Source: Eledone cirrhosa (lineage: Eukaryota). Taken from it: DNA of 64,000 nt. The stretch covers positions 52,390,001 through 52,454,000 of the forward strand of contig OZ024742.1 of assembly GCA_964016885.1 (NCBI GenBank). The letters are read 5' to 3'. The translations under genes and the position numbers were made by a program. Positions within the stretch are counted from its first letter, which is position 1. Every line of letters begins with the position of its first letter. Of the stretch, positions 1 to 12,319 are shown in pieces. Under the pieces are notes generated by a model, which made no database searches, was not told the origin of the DNA, and saw only the letters and a list, made by a program, of their open reading frames with translations.

Positions 1-329
1 ATATTCTTATATAAAGAAATAGAAGCACACTAACATTAGCATCGCAGTTTTAGTTCATCCATGTGAGATATTTAATCACCGAGAATGAACAGAAACTCAA
101 TGCATATTCTGTTCTATGATTTCGGTGATGGTTTGTCGTTACAATAACACCGAATTGGCAGGTCGCTCCTTAATCGAATCTGTCCTTTATTTTCTATTCT
201 CTGTTCGCCGTAATCCTGTCTTCTTATATAACAAATTCTGTATAGTGTTTTCGCAGGATACACATTTCAAAGAAATCTCCAGTCCGGTTTTCTGTTGTTT
301 TTAATGTATACACACATATATATAATAGA

Positions 330-690
330 ATTAGAATTTTGTTTCTCGCCCTAGCACTCCTGATATATAAATGTAGGTATGCACATGTAGACACACACAC
401 TGGCAAGGCCTGCCGTAACTGGCTCGGTATGCAAATGAGGCTACTCAGTCAATGTGTGCTTAAGAAAATAATATATATTTTCAACCGTTCAACAGATTGG
501 CAGAGGTATACAGTCCTGCTGAAGGGTAATGACCCAGAAACATGTTGATTGTTACTCGAAGCCAGTGTTGAAAAAACAGGTGACGATCGATCACCGGCAC
601 GGAACAGCTTCAAATCGGGCGGTTTGTTTATAAACGAATGGAACATTATTATTAATGTTCCATATAACCCATACGTATGTATGTGTGTAT
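330..690 (+). repeat. Diverged copy of hammerhead-bearing repeat family A
   Basis: Colinear similarity to 7090-7360: ATGCAAATgaggctactcag, cgttcaacagattggcag-ggtatac, cagtgttgaa, tgtttataaac, cattattattaatgttc, ccatacgta. Confidence 0.7.
511..551 (+). ncRNA. Minimal type I hammerhead motif with core mutation (CTGCTGA)
   Basis: cagtc-CTGCTGA-a gggt aatg accc a-GAAA-catg-TT-gattg. Stems I and II pair and loop III is palindromic; A6>C probably inactivates it. Confidence 0.6.
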
Positions 691-799
691 GTATATATAT
701 ATATATGTGGGGGGGGGGAATGTTTGTGCGTGTGTGTGTAGATAAATATATATCTGTGTTTACGTGTTCATACTTATATATATATATAAATATAAATTA

Positions 800-3595
800 G
801 CGAGAATCGTATTTCAGCTATTGGAAATTAGCAAAACAACAACTTCCGAGATGTGTGATATATATATATGACTGAAATTCACACCAACACCACGATACCC
901 TAACCTCAATGAGATAAAGACAATATTTCACACTTCTGTAGAAAATCACGTCTAACAGAGGAATGTTTTGACAAAGAGATTAGCCATGAATCAATTGTAC
1001 GGAATAAAAGCAGCTACAATCCCCAAAAGGGCAGGAATAGAGGTTTGGAAAAATTTTGTGACAACATATCAACTTTCCCATACCATGAACTACCATAATC
1101 TAAGCCCAAACCCAACAAGAGTCGAAGAGAATGGAAGATTATCCATGAATTAAAAAGAAATACTGACATTATAATTAAGGAAGCGGATAAGGAAGCACTG
1201 TCGTCATTATGGGTGCTGAACATTAAAATAAAACTCCATATTCTATCTCTTACAAGACACTTGCTACTATTAACGGGTAAACAACTACCAGAAATCAGAA
1301 TCGATGACCAGATTAAATGCATTCATTTGTCAATACCAGAAAGGCTTAACTAAAAAGGAACGCAATTACATTTTGAATGCAAAACCAGCAATCTTTATGG
1401 ACTTCCGAATATCCACAAATGCAAAACAATTAATGAGACCTGTAAAGAATTCACCCCAACCTTCGTAAACATACAACGCTCCACTGACCTTAAATTAAGA
1501 CTAATTGTAGCGGGCCCACACTATGAAACACAGACTAGGCAAATTTAAAGACATACTACTAAAACCAATTCTCAAACACATACCAAGCCTTGTAAGAGAC
1601 GACCTAGACCTCTTAAACCACCTCCTGAAATGTGTCAACAACGACACTATTATTGTATCTTTCGATGTAGTGAACCTCTACACGACGATCCCACACCAAT
1701 ACGGACAAGAAGCAATAGGATTCTGGCTAAAAAAAAAACCTTAGTGAGATCCTGGAAAGAATAATAAAAAACCGTCATCACCGATGGATTCAAATTCATT
1801 TTACAAAACAACATTTTTGATTACGATGGCAACACTTACAAACAAATATCGGGGACTGCGATGGATACAAACGTCGCTCCAACTTACTTTATGGCATACT
1901 TGGAAGGTCAGATATATGAACATTCCAAATTAAAATACGGTTTGAACTTCCACAAATATGTTTCTCACACACACGACCACCTAAATGAACTTAAACATTT
2001 TAATTAACTGCATCAATAACCATATACAATTCACAGTGGAATACAGTCAAGACCAACTCCCATTTCTAGACATCTTAATCATAAAAAGACACAAATATTG
2101 AAACTGACATCTACTACAAACCAACAGATTTCAAACAATACCTGCTATTCACCTGCAGCCATCCAAAGCACACGACGACGAACATCCCTTTTAATCTAGC
2201 AAGAGGAATTTGAACAATTGTCTCCAGTTATGAAACGCGGAATAAAAGACTCCAAGATTTTAAAAGTTTCTGCTCGAAAGACAGTATTTAAGACGTTATT
2301 AATAGATAATGGAAAAGAAAAGGCTAAAGCAATAGACATTGAAGTATTACGAAAACTGAAACAAATTCAAAGTACGTTCAATATTCAATAATATATCTCA
2401 ACACAACCCAAGGAATACGAAAGTACACAAAATAATCTAAAGCAAAAGACAACCTAAATCAGTAAAAATATTAGTCACCAATGACGAATTGTCCACCAAA
2501 AACCAAAAACCAACTGACAAAAAATACGGTCGCTCTAATTGCGGAACTTGCACTCAACTCATTGAAGGCACAATGTATACATTTCAATCAGGACAAAATT
2601 TTGTTGTAAAAAATCATTTCACTTGCTCATCAAAAAATTTACTTGATGCCATTAAATGTAAAGGGTGTAATAAAGATTTTATAGGGCAAACTAAACCCAC
2701 CCTCAGAAACAGAATGACAAATCATCGCCAACAATTACGAGACCCTACCACGAGATAGATACTACTCAGTGAACATCTAGACATATGTGCAAACAATAAA
2801 ACACCCAAATTCCAAGAGTTCCCATTTTATCTTCGCACTGACAATACAACAGACCAAATATGAATAAATAAGGAAAGTATGGTCATTCAAAAATATACAC
2901 CCGCATTAAATATAGTTTAATATACGTTAAGTTAACACAATAACATGCTAACAATCCACACACATACATGCATACACACACACTCACACACACTCCCACA
3001 CACACATAACACCCTTCTCCACTTCTACCAATGGAATCATTTTCATTTCTATTATAAAGACCATAAACCGCTTTGCTACACACACAACTAAAAATATATA
3101 TTTCTCTTTACTACCCTGCCACTACCACTATCGACACAAACATTCAATTTATTTCAATAGAAAGTTTGAATTTTGACAACTCAGCACGACATCAGCCTTA
3201 CTGACTGAACCAGAACTATTTACCCCCTCCCATTTCCTGACCATTATCTTTTGTTGGCACAAAACTTTCTATGTCAGACCATCCTTTTCTGGCACCTATA
3301 TTATATGGCCAATCATGTGACAGTCATCAACCAACCAACCAAATTAAGCAGCAAATCGAGCCGCTCTTTCCACATAAAACAGAGAGAACATTTGAACACG
3401 AACCAAATGCGAGACAAACCACAAATCATCCATCTCAATTTTACTTTTGAAAAGCATTAGAACTGTGAAACCGGTAAAGGAAATAAATAGATATTCTTAA
3501 AAAGATTCCAGTTACATTTTCGATTTCTTTTGCTTATGCTTTCCCCCGTGTAGTAGGACATATCGTTTTTTTATTAAAACGACCCTCATTTTCTT
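800..3595 (+). mobile_element. Degenerate Penelope-like retroelement (Neptune-type; RT plus C-terminal GIY-YIG), 5' truncated
   Basis: Frameshifted RT motifs (IIKEADK, DILLKPILKHIPSLVRD, SFDVVNLYTTIP, FLDILI, TDIYYKPTD, IPFNLARGI). Linker/endonuclease NCGTC...IKCKGCNKDFIGQT...RMTNHRQQ at 2489-2758. The 3' region has an HHR-like motif and ends at (TA)n. Confidence 0.9.
3439..3484 (+). ncRNA. Minimal hammerhead variant (UUGANAA core) in PLE 3' pseudo-LTR
   Basis: tttactt-TTGAAAA-gca ttagaac tgt-GAAA-ccgg-TA-aaggaaa; palindromic ACCGGT stem/loop III; stem I has one mismatch. Confidence 0.6.
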
Positions 3596-3607
3596 ATATA
3601 TATTTAT

Positions 3608-3680
<73 letters not shown>

Positions 3681-4138
3681 AGGGGCACCGAACGGGCGAC
3701 TGCGCATTAACACACATAAGAGCGGTCACTTAGATGGAACTACCCGTAGCAAAAGTACAAGGACACGTAATCGCCACCGTAACGTCCTATGGTTCCACCC
3801 CACCCCCCTACTCTCGGAGTGTGGCCTCCAACATACCCCGGATGTTCTTCGAAGCCTTAGAGAAGAACTTCCCGCCCAACCATAGGTATAGAAAAATTCT
3901 TAATAGGAACAATATAAAAATATCCTTCTCTACTACTCCTAACCTAGCAGACATCATAGGAACAACGAACCACAGTAAGATCACCAAGACACAGCACCTC
4001 GACACAGACGCACCTACACCTGACAATAACTATATCGGCCTTAACAACTCCCTGGCAGCATCCAATAGTGTTGGCAACGGCATCCGCAGACGCAACCAGA
4101 ATGACCGCGAAATGACTGGTTAACATGCAGAACATGAC

Positions 4139-4705
4139 GTGCAGAATAACAATCGCACCACCCCGCGTGATGTGGGTTGTAATTGTGCTAACAACAGCTG
4201 CGGTAGCGTAGGTAACAACGTAGGCAGCAACAATGATAGCCTTACCGTGGGAAATAGACGGAACCGCGACAGAAATTGCAACTGCCGCGACAGAGGACGC
4301 TGCCCCCTTAGAGGATACTGCTTGACTGATAGGGTTATATATAGATGCACTATTACTAGCCACAATAGCGTTAAACATTATATAGGGGCCACCTCCGGCC
4401 CGTTCAAAATTAGGTTTCGAACACATCTCCACTCTTTCACAAATAGAAAACTTAGGCACTCCACTTCGCTTGCGGACTACATCACATCACTAAAGGACTT
4501 AAACATCAGCTTCTCCACGCACTGGGAGATTGTCGGCAGGGCTGCACCGTACAACTTCAAGAGGAAATGCGATCTTTGCCTCATGGAGCTCTACCACATC
4601 ATAACTGCACCCCACGAGCTCATCAACAGCAGAGCTGAAACAGCGATAAGTTGTACACATCGCTTAAAAATATCCTTCTTCAGATGGGTTAAGGATGAAG
4701 AGTGA
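4139..4705 (+). CDS. GIY-YIG endonuclease domain of PLE (fragment)
   Basis: CNCRDRGRCPLRGYCL...VIYRCTI...HYIGATSGPFKIRFRTHLHSF...WEIVGRAAPY...CDLCLMELYHI...INSRAE...CTHR. Confidence 0.85.
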   Translation: MQNNNRTTPRDVGCNCANNSCGSVGNNVGSNNDSLTVGNRRNRDRNCNCRDRGRCPLRGYCLTDRVIYRCTITSHNSVKHYIGATSGPFKIRFRTHLHSFTNRKLRHSTSLADYITSLKDLNISFSTHWEIVGRAAPYNFKRKCDLCLMELYHIITAPHELINSRAETAISCTHRLKISFFRWVKDEE

Positions 4706-4995
4706 AATAGTACACTGGATCTCCCTGCAACAAGTCTTAACACCCCGGCGGGCAGGCGCTGCAAAATAACACCCAGGAAACAATCCTTGCATACCAGACC
4801 CAGCCTCAGACAAACGGATGCGGCAAAAAAAAAAAAAAAAAATTGTCCGGGAAAGACTGCCCTAACACCGGCCAGAGTTACCTCCCTTGACCTGCTGCAA
4901 AATCAAAACAAGATATTTTTGCGAGCAATGAACCTTGATGTGGATTTAACCCCAAAAATTCTTTCCGAGGAATATAAGGAACACTTGTGATTATT

Positions 4996-5040
4996 TATGC
5001 CCTTGAGAAGCCCAACTGGGCGAAACGTACGTAGGTGATA
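4996..5040 (+). ncRNA. Minimal hammerhead variant (U3-A8 core)
   Basis: tatgccc-TTGAGAA-gccc aact gggc-GAAA-c gtac g-TA-ggtgata; perfect stem II, palindromic ACGTACGT, eroded stem I. Confidence 0.65.
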
Positions 5041-5136
5041 TTTTAAATAAACATGTTTTAACGGTCTATTCTCCGATTTTTTACTTTTTACTTTCCCACG
5101 TATATATATATATATATGCACACATATATATATGTA

Positions 5137-5990
5137 CACTGGGCAGTATAATAAATGTTCGGTGAACAATAGGTAATTTTACGAAAGTTAAAATTTTACT
5201 GTTCCCCTTAATCCTCTTTTAAGTAACAGAAACACGGGGTGTGCATAATTTCAGCTCAATCGGACAACTTGTAGGCGAACCTCAAACGCTTTGAATTTCG
5301 AACATATATACACAACCATTATTTCTGTTCAAAAGTGACCATTTTCTTTCTTCTTCTTAGAGAAATTTATGTGGACACATCCAGGCAACCCCAGGAAATG
5401 TTTAAAAACGTTCTGAATCAAATTTACCATTAGTTAATTTGTAAAATTCTTTAAATAACATGAAAAACTTAAGTAATATTAGGTTTTCTTAATAAAGCAC
5501 ACAACTTCTATAAGAGAAATGCATTTTTATTTACAACAATAATTTCTATAGAATCAAAAACATAATGTGAACACTGAACACTGAATATTGAACATTATTT
5601 TTGCATAAGAGAGGATTTAGTGGCAGTTGGGAATGTTTTAAAGTTTTCGGTAACGATCTGTAAAACAAATTGTTTCCCATTTTCATCTTTTGTGAGAATG
5701 TTATTGTAATCCTGAATGAGTTTGACACCTCTTTCTGAAACATCATTCAGACAACTGTCTTCTCAAGTTTTTCAAGACCACTTTTGTAACCATGATCATC
5801 CTTCCATGTTGAAGAGTTATTGCTGAGGAAATCGGTGCTGATGGAAAATCCCGTGAAGAAAAATGACGAAACCTCGATGTTTATAAAAGAAGAAAAGTCA
5901 TTTTGGGGCAGAATGTACCTCTTCTGTTGATTTTTTTTCACCTTTGTCTGCTTCCAGCATAACTTGTTTTCTCATTGTTCTACTTGCTCG
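5137..5990 (-). mobile_element. DNA transposon 3' end with hAT-like transposase C-terminus (pseudogene)
   Basis: Minus strand, across a frameshift: FFFTGFSISTDFLSNNSSTWKDDHGYKSGLEKLEKTV/NDVSERGVKLIQDYNNILTKDENGKQFVLQIVTENFKTFPTATKSSL (VNDxxERGV motif). TIR-like CACTGGGCAGTATAATAAATGTTCGGTGAA at 5137. Confidence 0.7.
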
Positions 5991-6161
5991 CCTGTTCTCT
6001 TTGCTCTCATTACTCTCCTTTTCGCTTTGCTATTCTTGCTCTCCTTGCATCCTTGCCCTCCCTTTCTCTTTGTATCTATGTACTATATGGAAATGCAATG
6101 AGAAAAGGGGAGCAAGGAGAAATATGAGAGAAAGGATAGTAAGGAAAGTATATGTATACAT

Positions 6162-6204
<43 letters not shown>

Positions 6205-6465
6205 AGAAAAAATGAAACGAAATTTCATTTCTCACTCTTAGTACGGCTGTTACTTAAATATAAGTATGTATACGTACATACATATATGTATACAGACGTA
6301 CAGTAGAATGTATATATATACATACATGCACACATATATATATGTACGTATGGATTCACCGAACATTTATTATAATGCTCGGTGTGTCTGTAAACAAATA
6401 TCCCGAATTAAGCCGTACAGTGTCTAGCAACCATCGTTGCTCATTTGTTCAACACTGACAAAGGA

Positions 6466-6508
6466 ACGCTGTACTAGTTTCAAGCTTATTAGCTATCGTC
6501 AGCAACGT
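6466..6508 (-). ncRNA. Minimal type I hammerhead ribozyme (family A)
   Basis: Minus strand: acgttg-CTGACGA-t agct aata agct t-GAAA-ctag-TA-cagcgt; canonical core and palindromic loop III. Confidence 0.85.
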
Positions 6509-6732
6509 ATACCTTCCTGCCAGATGATTGAACGTCTGAAAGTATATAATTTCCTTATGCATATTGACGGCTGAGCAGCCTAATTTGCATATCGAGTGAC
6601 TTAATCGGCCGGGGTAGAGAAAAAGTTAAACTGAAAAATGAAACGAAATTTCATTTCTCACACTTAGTACGGCAGTTACTTAAATATAAGTATGTATAGG
6701 TACATACATATATGTATACAGACGTACAGTAG

Positions 6733-6773
<41 letters not shown>

Positions 6774-7622
6774 GCACACATATATATATATGTACGTATG
6801 GATTCACCGAACTTTTATTATAATGCCCAGTGTACATATATATATGTGTGCATGTATGTATATATTTATACATACTACTGTATACTACGTATATATACTA
6901 CTGTACGTATATATATATATATATATATACATACTACTGCATGTATGTATGTATATATATATACATACTACTGTACGTCTGTATACATATATGTGTGTAC
7001 GTATACATACTTATATTTAAGTAACAGCCGTACTAAGAGTGAGAAATGAAATTTCGTTTCATTTTTTCCGTTTATCATTTTCGGTACCCTGGCTGATTAA
7101 CTCACTCGATATGCAAATTAGGCTGCTCAGCCGTTAATATGCATAAGGAAAGTATATACTTTCAGACGTTCAACCATCTGGCAGGAAGGTATACGTTGCT
7201 GACGATAGCTAATAAGCGTGACTAGCACAGCGTTCCTTTGTCAGTGTTGAACAAATGAGCAACGATTGTTGCTAGACACTGTACGGCTTAATTCAGGATG
7301 TTTGTTTACAAACACACCGGGCATTATAATAAATGTTCGGTGGATCCATACGTACATATATAAATGTGTGCATGTATGTATATATATATATATACATACT
7401 ACTGTACGTCTGTATACATATATGTATGTACGTATACATACTTATATTTAAGTAACAGCCGTACTAAGAGATAGAAATGAAATTTCGTTTCATTTTTCCG
7501 TTTATCGTTTTCGGTACCCCGTTCGATTAACTCACTCGATATGCAAATTAGGCTGCTCAGCCGTTAATATGCATAAGGAAAGTATATACTTTCAGACGTT
7601 CAACCATCTGGCAGGAAGGTAT

Positions 7623-7665
7623 ACGTTGCTGACGATAGCTCATAAGCTTGAAACTAGTACAGCGT
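7623..7665 (+). ncRNA. Minimal type I hammerhead ribozyme (family A)
   Basis: acgttg-CTGACGA-t agct cata agct t-GAAA-ctag-TA-cagcgt; the copy at 7193-7233 has lost GAAA. Confidence 0.85.
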
Positions 7666-7783
7666 TCCTTTGTCAGTTTGTCAGTGTTGAACAAATGATC
7701 AACGATGGTTGCTAGACACTGTACGACTTAATTCGGGATGTTTGAAAGCACAAGTGAAGCCATTTTTTCTTCCCCCCTGTCTT

Positions 7784-7816
<33 letters not shown>

Positions 7817-7905
7817 TTATATATGTATATATGTATATATATATATTACTCAATACCGAATACTCATCTCTCTCAGCTGTCAACCACATACGGATATATG
7901 TATAT

Positions 7906-8263
7906 TAGGGTGGCCCTTAGCAATAGCTAATTTTCCAGGAGTTAAAATTTTGCTGCTCCCACAGCGGAAAATGCCTGCGCTCTGTCCCCTGCTTTGAAAG
8001 TGCCTTGCCCTATTATATTTATTGTCACTTATCCTTCTAATACCAAGAATAAGACTAAACAAGTTTTTAATTTAAAAGAAAATTATATAAGAGATAAAAA
8101 GTTTTTAGCTGAAATAATGGCGAAAAGTTGAGAATTTCACGTACGATGAGAGTCCCCTTGCATTACTCCGCTTGAGCCAAGGTTTTGCATAGATTGTTAA
8201 TTGAAACAAGATAAGGGGGTGGGAGCTAAACTTTTAGAAATTTGTAAAATAAGGGCCACTCTA
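7906..8263. mobile_element. MITE with TAGGGTG-type TIRs (hAT-like)
   Basis: TAGGGTGGCCCTTA ... TAAGGGCCACTCTA (14-bp TIR, 1 mismatch); imperfect 8-bp flanks atgtatat/ctatatat; no ORF. Confidence 0.7.
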
Positions 8264-9355
8264 CTATATATGTGTGTGTGTGTGTGTGTGTGTAATTGGG
8301 ACCGTTAGTTGCCTTAACTAAAATGGAGACATCTCTAAACAATAAAACGAACTGAACAAAACTAAAAAAAATTATATTCCCACAATCAGCCGTACCCACC
8401 AAATATATACGCCACAAGTCAGAAAATAAATCCCCCCCCCTTCCCCTGCCAGTAGAACAACAACCAGACAGCATCAATTACTGGTATGTGGTGGCGACAT
8501 CATCTTTTTGCAGCCATTGCAATATGTATGATAGTTTCTATAAAATTCTTTTAATCATTTGTTTTGTTCCGTTTTATACGTACTAAACAGTGTATTATTA
8601 TCAAGAACAAACTTTTCTTCAACGCATGTTCCTCATCGAATAACACATTGCCTTATATTTCCTTTGTTTATATAAGCAGGTAAATTTATGTATATTCAGA
8701 CGATTTCTATCGTACCCATTCTAATAAATTTCTTTATATTAATCATAACGTATTTGTCAAAACCATTTTGATTAAATTGCAGGACATTTGCTCCTTTTGT
8801 TGGTTTCATATATAATTTCTATTTCATATAGCTGATACCTATTTTACATCTTTACGTATCAATTGTAGTATTGCATAGTTATTTATATATCAATTACTTC
8901 TATCGAAATTAAAGAACAACATTTTGACCAATCGTGTTCTGTGAGATACCATACTTGTATGGATTTAGAATTATCCAGACAAAAATGTTGGCGCCAGAAT
9001 ATATTAATCTAAGTGAAACAAATAGCACCAGTACCAAAATAAATATAGCTGAAGTGTTAACTGTAATATATTGTCAATATATCCGAATCCAGCAGAAATG
9101 TAGAATAATTTTGTAAACCAGTCATATTAACAATGTACTGTATGTGCGTGTATGTACATATATATGTATACATAAAAACACACATCCACACACATACCCC
9201 CCCCTATATTTATAGAAAGAGAAAGAGCCTGACCAACGATGCAAGAATAACATCAGCTTGCATCGGGAAACTCCTAGCATCTATAAATGTATATATATAT
9301 ATATAAAATGGTAAACAACCAACATATACTCAAAATATAAATACATATATGTATG

Positions 9356-9407
<52 letters not shown>

Positions 9408-9902
9408 AGAGACAATACAGACTATAAAATATCTCCTAGTGTGCGTATATATGTGTTCCCGTGCCCAATTTCCAACCAAGGTGATCCATGTCTCTCGCAC
9501 AACTAAAGATAAAACCCCCTTTTGACCCTCTGGTTGGAGATCTAATAAGCGATGAATATTATCATCGTTTAACATTGTTATATTCATGAGGATATAAAGT
9601 TTCATTTAGTAGTGACAATCTACCTCACACGTATTTTCTAGATACATATTTGTGGGTTATGGCATTTAAGCACCACATTGGAAAGCCATGTGGTTGCAAC
9701 AGTGTATTTTCACAATCCTGAAATTCAAAGAACTCCAGCTAAGTCAGTCATCTAAAAGTTGTGTACATTTACCATATGTCGGTTCTGATGTTTCCTGTTG
9801 ACGGTAGTATTCACCCACTCTCTATTAATCAATGATTTTTTTATATATATGTATATGTAATATATTATTATTTATATATACTATTTCATAATTTAATACT
9901 CA

Positions 9903-10189
<287 letters not shown>

Positions 10190-10226
10190 AGGGTGTTAAA
10201 GTTTGCTTGAAGCATTGTGAAATGTG

Positions 10227-10520
10227 TAAAATACGTAGTTTAGAAAGCCACAACAATGCAGAGGAATTTCCTGTTTAACGACATCACAACTTTCTCCGCT
10301 TAGCCTGTTCCCCCCCCCCCCCCCCCTTTTGGAACTTTCCCCCGTTGATGGGCGTGAGCCCGAAATATTGGGATTAAATCTCCACTACGGTAAACCTTCT
10401 ACCTTTGTTTTGTTTTCATCTTTGTCTCTCTCAATTTTCACTTTATCCTATTTCTCCTATCTATCATTCACTTCCTACCTCGAGATTTCCCTCTGCATTG
10501 TTGTGGCTTTCTAAACTACG

Positions 10521-10527
<7 letters not shown>
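10227..10527 (+). repeat. Short element with ~43-bp terminal inverted arms and a degenerate HHR-like core
   Basis: taaaatacgtagtttagaaagccacaacaatgcagagg mirrored at 10484-10527; internal gggc-gtga-gccc-GAAA-tat-T-ggga at ~10340-10375. Confidence 0.6.
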
Positions 10528-10572
<45 letters not shown>

Positions 10573-10922
10573 TTTTTTAATTTGTTTTACAAGATTTCTT
10601 ATCTGATAACGTGTGTTGAAATAGATATTGTTATACTTTGGGAGGGCCATGCTGCCAATAAAAACACATGTATCTGTGGAGTCACTTCAGTATCGAACCA
10701 ACCAACCAACCGGAAATTTCTAATAATTTGAAGTGAAAACCAACAGGTGCGTTATTATTGGGAGCATGACCCTCCCTAAGTATAATATATATATATATGT
10801 TTATCCCAGGTTCAATCGGAGGTAACCACAATACGTAAGGTACTCAATACATAGCAGAATATAAATATTTAATATAGAAATTGCTTCTACAAGATTAGAA
10901 CTGTTTCATACGGGAGAAATAA

Positions 10923-10990
<68 letters not shown>

Positions 10991-11243
10991 ATTTAAAATA
11001 CACACTATATTTTTGGGGTCTCATCACCAGTCTGAAGATCGATAATGAAGTAGTGTCCATAACTTCTATGGGTGGACCCGAGCCAATCCTCTGCGAACCG
11101 CACGTAATATCTTGATACATAAAAAATATCTGAATACATGTAAACGAAACTTTTTTCTGTATATATACACACTCTGACTGTGCATAGAGTGCTTGTTTTG
11201 GAACCACCACCAGTAATCCACTGAATCACCCACACTATATATA

Positions 11244-12041
11244 TATTGTTATATTTGGGAGGGTTAAGCTGTCAATAAAAGCACATACTCCTGTTGGTTT
11301 TCACTTCAATTTATTATAAACTCCCAACCGGTTAGTTTAATAACCTGATAGGTTTATATTTGTTGAGTTTTCAAAGCTCTTTTGTTACACATTATGTGAC
11401 CTCCTCAGTGACTACCTTTGCTATTTTGTGTCTCTCCTTTGTTCTGTCCTACACTATCTTCTTTTCATGAGCTTTGTGATGTGTATTTAAGCTGCATCTG
11501 CGTTATATTCAGGTTTGTGTGTGTGTGTGTTTATTTATTGATTAATACGTTTATTTAATTATCACTAGTTGGTTGTTTCTACTATATGTGTATGTCTTCT
11601 TATCTGCCTCTGTAGGTATTTATCTTTTCCAACATTACTAGTTGCGATTTTGCTTTATACAATCATGTTTTCTGTTTAGTTTTGGTTACTTCTGTAATTT
11701 TTCGGAGCATTGTATCTGTTCAGTGCGTGCGTATGATTTTTATCTCAATATTCTCTTATATATATGGCTCCATTCTGGCATGCTGTTGGAGTACTGACCG
11801 TCTGAGGCGAACTAGCTCAAAAGGAGGTCACAGAATTTGTGATGTAATTGCTTTGACAATCAACAAATAAAAAACCATCCGGTTATTAAACTAACCGCAT
11901 GGGAGTTTATACCAGATTGAAGTGAAATCCAACATGTGCGTGTGTTTGTACTAGCAGCAGGATGACCCTCCAAAATTATAACAATATCTGTTTCAACAAA
12001 AATGTTCAAATAGAGAATCCTGCAAAAAATACAAAAACGAA

Positions 12042-12045
<4 letters not shown>
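11244..12045. repeat. Diverged inverted repeat pair (pLTR-like family; related pieces at 10570-10785 and 24985-25060)
   Basis: 11244-11410 is similar to the reverse complement of 11820-12030 (gatattgttata..ggagggtca, ttcacttcaat, taaactccca, ggttagtttaataacc). Confidence 0.65.
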
Positions 12046-12130
<85 letters not shown>

Positions 12131-12135
<5 letters not shown>

Positions 12136-12282
12136 TATGACCCCGACGGCAGAGCTCAAGCCGTTTCGACGGCTATTTTTGGACTAAATTAGAATTGTTA
12201 CCCTATTTCTCACTCTACTACCCTAAGTATTGAGTACTCTGGTGCGTTATGGTCCATCTGGTTCCTTACCACATTTCCTTTG

Positions 12283-12285
<3 letters not shown>
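12131..12285 (+). repeat. Family C short fold-back element (hammerhead-derived)
   Basis: Shares atgaccccgacggcagagctcaagccgtttcgacggcta and the 3' tail ctaagtattgagtactctggtgcgttatggtccatctggttccttaccac with 26226 and 63170. Confidence 0.8.

Positions 12286-12319
<34 letters not shown>

Larger units (their letters stand above)
3678..5100 (+). mobile_element. 5'-truncated Penelope-like element, probably Hydra-type clade
   Basis: RT-thumb remnant PPYSRSVASNIPRMFFEALEKNFPPNHRYRKILNRNNIKISFS (3734-4123), then a GIY-YIG ORF with CxCx5C linker and a 3' HHR; flanked by (TA)n on both sides. Confidence 0.85.
6200..7744. repeat. Family A cluster: ~430-bp hammerhead-containing units, tandem and inverted (minus 6200-6831; plus ~6835-7744)
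   Basis: gtaacagccgtactaagag recurs at 7021 and 7452 (period 431); its reverse complement lies at ~6235 and ~6660. Confidence 0.9.

Noticed and set aside
8500-9120. AT-rich segment possibly derived from a decayed transposon ORF
   Set aside because: No motif could be read convincingly in any frame.
9222-9280. Hammerhead-like CTGACCA-cgatgcaag/cttgcatcg-GAAA
   Set aside because: G8 is mutated and stems I/III are not recoverable; at most a relic.
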